Assembly: GCA_043228905.1 (NCBI GenBank)
Contig: JBHGNT010000009.1
Coordinates: 12,834,001 to 12,898,000 of the forward strand
DNA length: 64,000 nucleotides
Source of the DNA: Azolla caroliniana
Lineage: Eukaryota; Plantae; Polypodiophyta
Direction of reading: 5' to 3'
Below, piece after piece: positions 1-10,406 of the stretch. A model generated the notes under the pieces. That model was given only the letters and a program-made list of their open reading frames with translations. It was not told the DNA's origin and ran no database searches. Within the stretch, counting starts at the first letter, position 1. The number at the start of each line of letters is the position of its first letter. The translations under genes and the position numbers were made by a program.

Positions 1-467
1 AAGAGCCCCTACACTAACTCCCAAATATATTCCTCACGGAATATCTTCCCTAACGACCTCCCGGTTTACGCACTCAGCCTAACCGATCGGTCCCAGCCGA
101 TCTGGCCGATGTTGAGCTTGTCTCTCAATACTCCCCCTCGAGCTCAACTTGAGGTTCTTCGGGATCTTCACAGCACCGGTTCCTCCTGGCTTCTCGCCTC
201 GCTCGCTCTCCTCGACCTGTTCGACTCCGGGCGCTTCGACCCTTCCGGTCGGCTTGTATGCTCATGCAGCCCTTATAAGCTCTTCCGCTGTTGCGGTGTC
301 GACGCTTCTCCTACTGCCTTTTCTTCCGCTTGGGCCTCGGTTGATTCAGCCTGTCTGAATCAAACATCCGAACCGACTCGGCTACCTCCGATCGGTTTTC
401 GCTCTCGTCCGAGTTGGTTGTCTCCAACTCGTCTTCGGTTTTCTCGCCCTTGATGGCGTCATCTCCC

Positions 468-3400
468 CTATCCGTGGTTGGCTTCGGCGCTCTCCTTCTG
501 TCCTCTTCTGAACTTTTCCGCGGGTCCGCCCTCGGCTTCTTCAGCCGATCCGTCTTCAACCGAGTCAACAAACGAGTCAACCGACTCGGTGTCATGGTCA
601 CTGCTCCTTTCCTGCTGCCTTGCTTGGTCGTTCGGGACTGGGACTGTTCTCCCCCTCAAGTTCGGCACGTCGAGATGACGCAACCCGAGCGCACTTGAGA
701 ATTGCCGCAACTTGTCCAGACCAAGAGGCTTGGTGAAGATGTCGGCAGTCTGTCGATCCGTCGGAACGTACTGAAGTTCGACTTCACCGGAAAGGACACG
801 CTCACGGACGAAATGGTAGTGCACCTCAATGTGCTTGGTCCGTGCGTGGAAGACGGGGTTCTTCACGAGCTGGATGCTGCTGAGGTTGTCGCAGTAGATC
901 GTCGTTGGATCAGACACCTCCTCTTGCAGGTCCTTAAGTAGCCGCTTCAACCATATGGCTTCGCATGTCGCGACAGCCGCTCCTCGGTACTCCGCTTGAG
1001 TGCTCGACAGTGCAACTATCGGCTGCTTCTTACTGCTCCACACGATCGCGGCACTCCCGAGGGAGAACGCGTATCCAGACGTGGATCGGCGATCGGCGGC
1101 GTTGCCAGCCCAATCAACATCGGTGTAGCCGACTAACTACACGGCTGCACCGGTCCGATATAGCAGTACTCAGTCCTTAGTTCCACTTACGTACTGCAGT
1201 ACGTGTTGCGCACACTGAAGGTGCTCCTCGGTAGGTCGTGCCATGAACTGACTGATCACCCCGACCGGATAGCTGAGGTCGGGTCGGGTGATGGTCAAGT
1301 ATATGAGGCTTCCGACAATTTGTCGGAACCTCGTCGGGTCGCATACCTTTCCCGTATTGGGACGAAGCTTGATGGTTCTGTCCAGAGAAGTCGAGACGGT
1401 CTTACAGTCGGCCATCCCGAATTTGAAGAGCATACTCAACACGTAATGACGTTGGCTGATCAATATGCCTTCGGAGGTACAGATCACCTCGATCCCGAGG
1501 AAGTAATGAAGGTCTCCCAGATCCTTCATGTCGAACGATGCCGCAAGCTGGAGCTTCACGCGGTCGATTTCACCGAGGTCGGCGCCGGTGATGACCAAGT
1601 CATTAACATACAGTAAAATACTAACCGGTCCGAGTCGACCTTTCCGGATGAACAGGGAAGAGTCCGATTTTGACGTGACGAAGCCCATCCGACGCAGTTG
1701 TTGCGTGATCTTCGCGTTCCAGGCACACGGGGCTTGCTTTAGTCCGTAAAGAGACTTCTTCAGTCGGCACACTGCCGAGGAGTTCGTTCCGGAGTGAAAT
1801 ACGGGGGGTTGTACCATGTACACCTCAAGGTCACCTTGCAGGAACGCATTCTTTACATCCATCTGATTTAAGTGCCACCCCTTGGCCGCGGCTACTGCGA
1901 GCAAAAAACCAACGGTCGTCATTTTTGCAACCGGCGCAAACGTCTCATCGTAGTCGATGTCGTGTTTCTGCGCATAGCCCTTTGCCAATAGCCGAGCCTT
2001 GTACCGGTTGACCGAGCCATCGGTGTTGTACTTGACCTTGTACACCCATCTACACCTGATCGGCTTCACACCCTTCGGTGCGTCAACCAGGTCCCAGGTC
2101 TCGTTCTCCGCCAATGCGTGCATCTCTTCCTCCATCGCGGCACGCCAATTCGCGTCTTTAGCCGCTTCTGCGTAGCTCTCCGGCTCACGCACATCCGCTA
2201 CACAGGTCATGTACACATAATGATGCGCCATGTACTCGTTGTATCCGAACCGCACAATTGGGTTCTTTTGGCGGGTAGATCGGCGTAGTCTCACATTAGC
2301 CGATGTCGAGGCCTTCTCGGTCGACGCAGTCTTCACCTTTAAAGATCTGTCATCGGTTCCCTCGGAGTCGGATTCGCGTCGGTCTGACTCGTTCCTTTCC
2401 GTGCCGGAATCCGACACCTTCTTCTTCCCTTTCTCTTTGCGCGTAAGCCGTCTCCTCGGCTTCCTGCGCGGGGACTGCACGACCGAGTCTCCACTACTCG
2501 CCGGCTCTTCATCTGACTGGTCGTACCGACTCAGTCATCCAATCGGTCCGCTTAACCGGAGTGAAATCGGACTCTCTTCGCGGGTCTCGATTTCGGGCAC
2601 ATCCGGAGGCATCTCGGCCTCGCTGACCTCATCGTCAAAACTTGGATTGGACTCGGGGTTCGGAGTCGGGGGCTTGTACCAAGATGCGGACTCGTCAACC
2701 ACAACGTCGCGGCTAACACACGCTTGTTTGGTGCGAGGGTTATAGCACTTATAACCCTTTTGCTCGTCCGAGTAACCGACCAAGATGCACTTCTCGGCCT
2801 TTGCATCTAGCTTCCTCCTTTTCTCCTTCGGTACATGCACATACGCAATGCTACCAAACACCCTCAAGTGTCGCAAGTTCGGCTTCGTTCCGAAATGTAG
2901 CTCGTGCGCCGACACTTTGTCTCCAATCCGGTTCTGGATGTATACTGCGGTCCTTACCGCCTCGGCCCAGTAGAACTTGGGTAAGCTCTTCTCCTCCAGC
3001 ATTGCCCGTGCCGCTTCCACAATCGACTGATTCTTCCTCTCGGCCACGCCATTCTGCTTTGGCGTGTATCTACAACTGAATTCGTGCCGAATTCCCATTT
3101 GTTGTAGATAACCGTTGAATTGACCGGAAAAGTACTCTTCCCCGCCATCCGACCGCAGGCACTTGATCTTCCCGTTTCGGCTTCCACGAACCCTTTGAGG
3201 TCTCGGAAACAGTCGAAGAATTCGCTCTTCCTCTCAATGAGGTAGATCCACGTGTGCCGCGTGTGGTCGTCGATGAAGGAGACGAAATATCGGCTCCCGC
3301 CAAGACTAACGTTTTGTGCCGGCTCCCACACATTCGAGTGTATATGGTCGAGCCTGTTCCGGCTCCGGTTTCGCTCGTTGGGGAAAGGAAGTCAGTGTTG

Positions 3401-4915
3401 CTTCCCGAGCTGGCAGGCTTAACAAATTTGTGCCTTTCGGCCACTAAACTTGGGCAATCCGAACATTACCTGTTTCGATTGCAGATCTTGAAGCCGCTGG
3501 TAGTTGACGTGGCCTATCCGCTTGTGCCACAAGTCGATGTCCGACTCGGCTTTTTGTCCCTTTGCGAACATTGCGGTGCCGCCGTCAGTGGAATCGAGGA
3601 TGAACATCCTCCCGTCTCTGCGCCCTTGCGCAATCACACGGCCTTCTTCCTCAATGAAGCACCCGAGGTGTGTAAACCGAACCTCCATCCCTTGGTCGAC
3701 GATCTGTCCGACCGAGACCAAGTTCTTCGTGATTGTCGGAACGTGCAACACGTTCTTGAGTTTCCCTTTCTGCCCTACATGGCTAAGGGGAACTTCTCCG
3801 ACATTCACGATCGGATGCGGAGTGTCGTCTCCTGTTGCGACTACTCCCGGTTGTATCGGTTTTTCAAGGTACGAGAACCACTCCTTATGGCTCGTCATGT
3901 GGTTTGACGCGCCGGAGTCCACGTACCACACCTCGTCCGATCTCGGGGTGCTCTGTTTCATTGAGTTTGCTTCGTGTTTCGTCACGAAGACAGACCCTTC
4001 TCCGGCTCTCCCGGAGTCTTCGGCGTAGTGCGATCGCTGCCGATTTCCCTTATCGGTATGTTTGGAGCCATTCCCGGAACCAGTTCTCTCCGAGTCAGCG
4101 CGCTTCTTCCAGCACTCGCTTTCCCTGTGGCCTTTCTTGCCACAGTACCAGCACTCCGCGATGGACTTCCCTTGCCAGTTCTCATCGCTTCGACTCCCCC
4201 TGTTTCCGGAGGGTCCGGAGTTGCTGTCGGCATCACTTCGGTGCCTTCTTTCTTGATCTCGTCGGCCGCCTCCATTGCGTGCCGACTCGACTCGTCCTCC
4301 ACGTCCACGAAGCCTATCTCCCTTTGTGTACAGCATTCTGTTGTCGGTGTGCGTGCTCGTCGACGCACCCGCGTGGTTCTCCTCTACCAGGAGCATCGAC
4401 TGTAAGTCGAAAAAGGACGGCGTATTCTCCCGGGTACACACAACCGTTCGGAACGCTCCGAACTTCGACGCCAAACCTCCGAGACAGATCTGGACCATCT
4501 CGCTCTCCTCGATGTTTACCTCTATGGAGGCGAGGGAGTTGCAGATATCCTTGATCTTCGAGGTATAGTCCGCCACCGACAAGTCGCGTTGTCGTAGGTT
4601 GCTCAACTCTTGTCGGAGCTGCAGCTTCCTGGCTGTGGTGCTTGCGGCGAAAATCTTCTTCAGATTTTCCCACGCACCCTTCAGCGTCTTTGCATCCCGA
4701 ACATAGCTCAATAGTTGTTCGCCCACACACGACGCGAAGCAGTATAGTACCCTGCTCGCTGATTGCTCCCACGACGGGAAGTCTCTGTGTGCCGCGTCAT
4801 TAGCTCCTTCGACCTAACTCCAGTAGCCATGCCCGAGCAGGTACTGGTGCATCTTGTAGGACCAAGACGCGTAGTTGGCTCTATCGAGCTTCTCTGTTGG
4901 AAGCGAGCTCGCCAT
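468..4915 (-). pseudogene. copia gag-pol, broken by stops and frameshifts
   Basis: CWYCGKKGHRESEC knuckle, WYVDSGASNHM protease, integrase core (KQNGVAERKN), RT (QMDVKNAFL, LYVNDL) and RNase H ([25 protein letters not shown]) spread over ORFs 3419-4726, 2954-3331, 2535-3098, 1170-2480 and 468-1043. Confidence 0.93.
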
Positions 4916-4999
4916 GCCTCTATCCATCGTTCTTCTTGTTCTTCTTCGTCAAGTTGTGTCGGCTGCAGAGAGGTTCTCAACCCTCGCGCTCTGATACCA

Positions 5000-5386
5000 T
5001 GTAGAAAGTAATGTGCGGAAGCAGGTATGAAGACAGAACAGAGGAAGGAAACACAGATTTAATGGAGAGCTTGGGCTTACGCAGTATACGCGGGAGAGAT
5101 AAAGAGAGAGATCAAAAACTATATTTCACAATAATACTCAATCTCTGTTTACATAAGATGTGCTCAGTGAGCACTTTTATACAAGTCCTAGAAGGACTGA
5201 CCGAAGTACTAACAATACTTCAATGCTCATCAAGAGCCCCTACACTAACTCCCAAATATATTTCTCACGGAATATCTTCCCTAACGACCTCCCGGTTTAC
5301 GCACTCGGCCTAACCGATCGGTCCCAGCCGATCCGGTCCTCGGCTTCTTCAGCCGATTTGGCCGATGTTGAGCTTGTCTCTCAACA
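5000..5386 (-). repeat. 5' LTR of copia-A
   Basis: TGTAG...CAACA termini, adjacent Met-i PBS, near identity to 1-130 apart from a ~24-bp indel between CAGCCGAT direct repeats. Confidence 0.93.
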
Positions 5387-6972
5387 TAGTACACAACCTA
5401 CACATGCAGAGGCTCGAAAAAGGCGCCAAGATGCAGAGAGAAAAAACCCCACGCATTGAGACCTTCTCCTATCGTGAACCAAGGAGAACAGACGCAGAGC
5501 GACGCGTTGTCGCGTTGTTACGCGCGTGCGTGGAGAAAGGCGGGACCACGGGGGTCTTGGACTAGGGAGTGACGGAGTGTAGGAAGTCGTACTTCACCGT
5601 TTCCGGGGCATCCCAGAAGCACACCGGAAGCAACCGAAGGGAGAGAGAGAAATAGAGGGAGTGTGCGTTTGACACCGACACACGCGCACACACAGGCCGA
5701 CCCGACTCACGCCCTTATGTACAGGAAACGCAGGAAAGGGGAAGCAGCCGACACCAACAGAGACACCAATATACATAGACAGACGCAAATGTATATATAT
5801 AAAAGGAGGAATACATTCCCGGCTTCGAGCCGGACCAAGGTAGGTTACAGTAGTCGTTGGCTGCCAAGCCGCAGGTCAGGAGCTCACAGGCTTGTCGCGC
5901 CGAGCGGGGTCTTGCACAGGAGACGAGCTGAAGCAAACCCTAAGCAAACAGAAGGGGGAGAAGAAGAAGAAGAAGAAGAAGAAGAAGAAGAACTAACCCT
6001 AAATCTAACGATATACCCTCTAACGCAAAATGGGCAACCCTTTCATAAAGACCGCTCCTTTCCTTTAATAGAACAAGGAGAGGGATGCGTTATAATGTGG
6101 GATAAATCCCGCCTTACATGGGATCGTCTGTCCCGACTTGACTACTCTTCGGCGCCATAAAGGCACACTCGTTATTCACACTAAATGTACAAGGGTGCGC
6201 ACACATGCTGCACCCCGCCGATGTAGCCAATGTTTCCCTGTTTCCGCCTCTGGCCGAAATTCTTCACGACATTCGCCCCCACCTAACCACACATCCACCG
6301 GTATGTGCCAAAACATAGGGGAGAGAACACGAGATTTTCGGCCACGACGACCGGCCGAGTCCTTAGCGCCCTCGTGGGCCCGCCCGGTTTTGTCCTCCAC
6401 TTCGAGCAAGACCACCCCCCCGTCCACACAAACTGTCGCCGCCTTCCGGTCCACCATCCTCGCCGAATGGTCTCGAACCGTCAGCGCCATCCGATCCGCC
6501 ACACTCGACGATGTTCGCCGAGTCATTGCCTCCACCCGATCCGCGACGTCCACCGTGGGTCCTTGAACCACCGACTACATCCGACCCGCTGTATCCGATG
6601 CCCGTGCTTTCCTCCCCGTTCGGTCCTCCCGAACGTCGTCGCTGACCCGGTTGCTCTTCCTTTGTCCGGCTCGTATATCCTCCGGATGAGCTCCCGGTCG
6701 CATGCCGGATTCCGCCCTTTGCGTGCCGCACACCTCGGCGTGCCGATTCTCTTCACTCCCCGCTTGCCTTCCGTAGGCTTTCCCCGTTGTTCACCGTGCT
6801 CTCTCGCGGTAGAGCGTACTGTCATCCCGACCTCCGTGTCGGTGTCCCTCGAGGCTCTCGTTACCGCTTCGCCTCAACTTGCGCCCTCTTGGCCCGCTTG
6901 GCCTTGCATGCCCTCCGGGAAGCCGCGCTTCCTCTTCCCGGCGCGTAGCCCGTTGCTCTCTGCGCACCTTCT

Positions 6973-9252
6973 TCATTTCTCAAGACACGACTCTCCGCTC
7001 ATGCCGATCGCGCTCGGCCCATGTCGTCGGTCTTGGTGTTTCGCCGCGCCATCCTTCGTCCCACAGTTGCCTCTCGAAGGCTTGACCTGACCGTCATCGT
7101 CGGTCAATCGTTGTCGCCCATGCGCCGTATGCATGATTGTGTCTTGGCCCTCCACCGGCCGTAATGCATGCGTCTCATGTCGCGCTTCCGCCGTAGACCC
7201 GACCTCCGCGTTGGTCTCCAACTCCTCGCCACCACCCACCGTTTCTTCGTTCTCCTTTCTATCCACGACCGCCGATGCCTCACGGGTAGGTGTGGAGGGT
7301 TCCTCCCACTCTCGGTCCACCACGGAGTCCTCGCCTCTCAAAGGCTCAATGGGTCCACCGTTTCCGGTCACTCGTTGACGCTCTCTCAGATGCATGCTCG
7401 TTCTTGGGCCCTTCACCGACCGTAATGCATGCTTCGTGTTACGCCCTTCATCCGTCGTAGACCCGACCTCCGCGTCGGCCACTTCTTCCTTTGTCACCGT
7501 AGCCCGTTCCGCCCCGGGCTCGCCATCTTGGACCCGCTCGTCCATCATCTCATACCGGATACCCGCTCCAATAACTTTGTCCGCTTCGGCCTCCGACTCC
7601 TCGCCGCCACCTGCCGTCTCTCCGGTCTCACGTTGATCTGCAACCGCCGAAGTCTCTAGAATGGGTGTGGAAGGTCCCTCTCGCTCTCGGTCTTCTAGCA
7701 AGCCGTGATCACCATGCCCACTAGGCCTCCTATCCTCACGGCCACCGCCCATCTCTCCGGTCTTATGTCCGCGCTCGGGCGCAACCGCCGAAGTCTCCGG
7801 CCCCGGTGTCGAGGGATCTCGCCTCCATCTACTACAAACCTCCTCTTCGTCATTTCGGTTGCCCGCCTTGCCGCCGCCACCGTCCGTCTCTCTAGGTCTC
7901 ACACCGGTTCTCGGGCCGGTTGCCGGAGTTTCTAGGACTGGTGTGTGGAAGGTCGTGGCACCGCCGCTCGTCTCCTCTTCTTCCTCGATTTCGCAAGCCT
8001 CGAGTATGCTCGCGAAATCCTCGTAGAACGTTTCAGGCAACCGCGTCCCGAAACTTTTGCCCACTCTCGAAGTGGCGTCCATTGCTCTGTAGATATCGGC
8101 CTCATCCATGGCCGTCCTCTTTCCACAAGTCGAGAGGGTCGCTAGCTTCGCACCCTCTCCCATATCGTCGTCGTGGTCGCCCGCCTTGCCGCCGCCACCG
8201 TTCGTTACCCTAGGTCTCACATGGGCACTCAGGCCGGCCGTCGGGGTCTCTTGAACCGGTGCGTGTAAGGTAGCAACGCCGCCACTCGTCAATGCTATGC
8301 CCGTAGCCACCTCCATTCGGACATCGTCGTCCGTGGCTACCCCGCCTCCGTATATGCAAGCCTCAATTATTCTTGCCGCCTCCTCTTCCACGGTCTCCTT
8401 ACCGTTGTCTCGGTTGCCCACCTTGCCGCCGCCACCGCTCGTCGCTCTAGGTCTCACGCCGGCAATCGGGCCGACCGCCGGTGCCTCTAGGGCCGGTGTG
8501 TGTAAGGTCATGGCACCGCCGCTTGTCTCCTCCTCACTCGGTGTTTCGGGCCGCCATGTCCCGAATCCGTAGTTACTGGCCTCCATGGCCGTCCATTCGC
8601 CGCAAGACGAGAGGGTCGCTCTTTCCGCACCCTCTCCCATGTCACCATCGTGGTCGCCCGTCTTGCCGCCGCCACCGCCCGTCACTCTAGGTCTCACACC
8701 GGCTCTCGGGCCGGTTGCCGGAGTCTCTAGGCCCGGTGTGCGTAAGGTCCTGGCACCACCGCCCGTCTTGTCCCTGCTCGATGTTCCGGGCCTCCATGCC
8801 CGAACTCCCTCATGTCCGCTCGAACCGGCGATCGCCGCCTCACCGTCCCCAACCTCGTCCTCGGTCGATCTTTCTCCGCATGTCGAGAGGGTGGCTCGCT
8901 CCGCACCCTCTCCCGTGGTACCGATGTACCATCCTCTTTCGTCCTCCTCATCCTCCGATCCGCTCAGGCCCGACTCCGCAATAAGCCCTTCTTCGACTTC
9001 GATTTGTGCCTCTACGATCTCGTACGCTTCCCGCACCAAGGCTTCGATGTCGAGCTCCTCCGAACCGATTTGCGTTGAGCTCTCTTCCGGCGATAGTGCG
9101 TAGTCGGTCGCCGCTCGCGGGCCGCGTTGTGGCCGACCGACTCTCATCGCATTGTATGCACGCCCATTCCACCTCGTTCCAATCTTCGGTGAGGCCGTAC
9201 GCACCTTCATCGTCTTCGAGGTAAGGAAAACTGGCCATTCTCCCCCTTTCAT
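6973..9252 (-). CDS. 759-aa low-complexity, internally repeated ORF inside element E, function unknown
   Basis: Open frame in the ORF track with four copies of GGAxTLHTPxLETPAxGPxAGVRPRxTxGGGGKxG and other internal duplications. Coding status uncertain. Confidence 0.45.
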   Translation of the reverse strand: MKGGEWPVFLTSKTMKVRTASPKIGTRWNGRAYNAMRVGRPQRGPRAATDYALSPEESSTQIGSEELDIEALVREAYEIVEAQIEVEEGLIAESGLSGSEDEEDERGWYIGTTGEGAERATLSTCGERSTEDEVGDGEAAIAGSSGHEGVRAWRPGTSSRDKTGGGARTLRTPGLETPATGPRAGVRPRVTGGGGGKTGDHDGDMGEGAERATLSSCGEWTAMEASNYGFGTWRPETPSEEETSGGAMTLHTPALEAPAVGPIAGVRPRATSGGGGKVGNRDNGKETVEEEAARIIEACIYGGGVATDDDVRMEVATGIALTSGGVATLHAPVQETPTAGLSAHVRPRVTNGGGGKAGDHDDDMGEGAKLATLSTCGKRTAMDEADIYRAMDATSRVGKSFGTRLPETFYEDFASILEACEIEEEEETSGGATTFHTPVLETPATGPRTGVRPRETDGGGGKAGNRNDEEEVCSRWRRDPSTPGPETSAVAPERGHKTGEMGGGREDRRPSGHGDHGLLEDREREGPSTPILETSAVADQRETGETAGGGEESEAEADKVIGAGIRYEMMDERVQDGEPGAERATVTKEEVADAEVGSTTDEGRNTKHALRSVKGPRTSMHLRERQRVTGNGGPIEPLRGEDSVVDREWEEPSTPTREASAVVDRKENEETVGGGEELETNAEVGSTAEARHETHALRPVEGQDTIMHTAHGRQRLTDDDGQVKPSRGNCGTKDGAAKHQDRRHGPSAIGMSGESCLEK

Positions 9253-9526
9253 TGACCGACTTCAAGAATACTGGGACCTTGTCCGCCCCCACCGATTCTT
9301 GATCCCGGACCAAAAGTTGGGAAAACCGGAGATCGAACTCCCGGAATGCCTTCATCGCGCTTCGAGGAGCCTTTGTCGACGACACCCATAGATCGAACTC
9401 GCATCGATCGTACTTGTACGCCTCTTCTCGTCTTTCTCTCCTTCTTGCGTAATCCCTTGCCATTCTCGTAATTACTTTCGCGATGTCTCCGTCTTCCATC
9501 TCCTTCCTCCCTTGCCGCCTCTTCAC
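8948..9526 (-). pseudogene. Gag remnant of element E
   Basis: FREFDLRFSQL..D...GADKVPVFLKSV..LEDDEG..GLTEDW aligns with the gag of the Trp element at 31320-39420 (LHEFEKRF..LDTSKVLLFIKSV..LETNNGLTTD). Confidence 0.7.
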
Positions 9527-9539
9527 GTCGGGTTCACCA
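9522..9539 (-). promoter_or_regulatory. Primer-binding site complementary to tRNA-Trp
   Basis: TGGTGAACCCGACGTGAA is the reverse complement of the recalled plant tRNA-Trp 3' end (TTCACGTCGGGTTCACCA). It lies 4 nt from the LTR. Confidence 0.85.
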
Positions 9540-10406
9540 AATATGTCGCGTTGTTACGCGCGTGCGTGGAGAAAGGCGGGACCACGGGGGTCTTGGACTA
9601 GGGAGTGACGGAGTGTAGGAAGTCATACTTCACCGTTTCCGGGGCATCCCAGAAGCACACCGGCAGCAACCGAAGGGAGAGAGAGAAAGAGAGGGAGCGC
9701 GCGTTTGACACCGACTCACGCACACACACACACACACACAGGCCGACCCGACTCACGCCCTTATGTACAGGAAACGCAGGAAAGGGGAAGCAGCCGACAC
9801 CAACAGAGACACCAATATACATAGACAGACGCAAATGTATATATATAAAAGGAGGAATACATTCCCGGCTTCGAGCCGGACCAAGGTAGGTTACAGTAGT
9901 CGTCGGCTACCAAGCCGCAGGTCGGGAGCTCACGGGCTTGTCGCGCCGAGCGGGGCCTTGCACAGGAGACGAGCTGAAGCAAACCCTAAGCAAACATGAA
10001 GGGGGAGAAGAAGAAGAAGAACTAACCCTAAATCTAATGGTATACCCTCTAACGCAAAATGGGCAACCCTTTCACAAAGGCCGCTCCCTTCCTTTTATAG
10101 AACAAGGAGAGGGATGCGTTATAATGTGGGATAAATCCCGACTTACATGGGATCATCTGTCCTGACTTGACTACTATTCGGCGCCATAAAGGCGCCCTCG
10201 TTATTCACACTAAATGTACAAGGGTGAGCACACATGCTGCACCCCGCCGATGTAGCCAATGTTTCCTGGTTTCCGCCTCTGGCCGAAATTCTTCACGACA
10301 GCGTGAAGATAAATCGTAGAGAGCTCGCACACAGAGAACCCCCTCCCTCAAAACTTTCTCTCTCACATTCTCCCCACCATCAAACCTCTCCGACCTCGAC
10401 GCAGAG

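Larger units (their letters stand above)
1..5386 (-). mobile_element. Ty1/copia LTR retrotransposon (copia-A), degenerate; 3' LTR cut by the window edge
   Basis: 5' LTR 5000-5386 (TG..CA) matches 1-130. PBS TGGTATCAGAGC on the minus strand at 4988-4999. PPT GAGGGGGAG at 131-139. Domain order gag-PR-INT-RT-RH in the minus-strand ORFs. Confidence 0.95.
5508..10300 (-). mobile_element. Non-autonomous gypsy-type LTR element (element E), tRNA-Trp primed, 4-bp TSD GCGT
   Basis: Similar LTRs 5508-6271 and 9544-10300 (TGTCG..CGACA). GCGT at 5504-5507 and 10301-10304. Minus-strand PBS TGGTGAACCCGACGTGAA at 9522-9539. PPT-like GGTGGGGGCGAA next to 6272. No RT domain. Confidence 0.92.

Noticed and set aside
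6590-6700. dUTPase motif-5 remnant (RTERGG..STG) in element E
   Set aside because: It needs a frameshift and a deletion, and none of the other four dUTPase motifs is recognisable.
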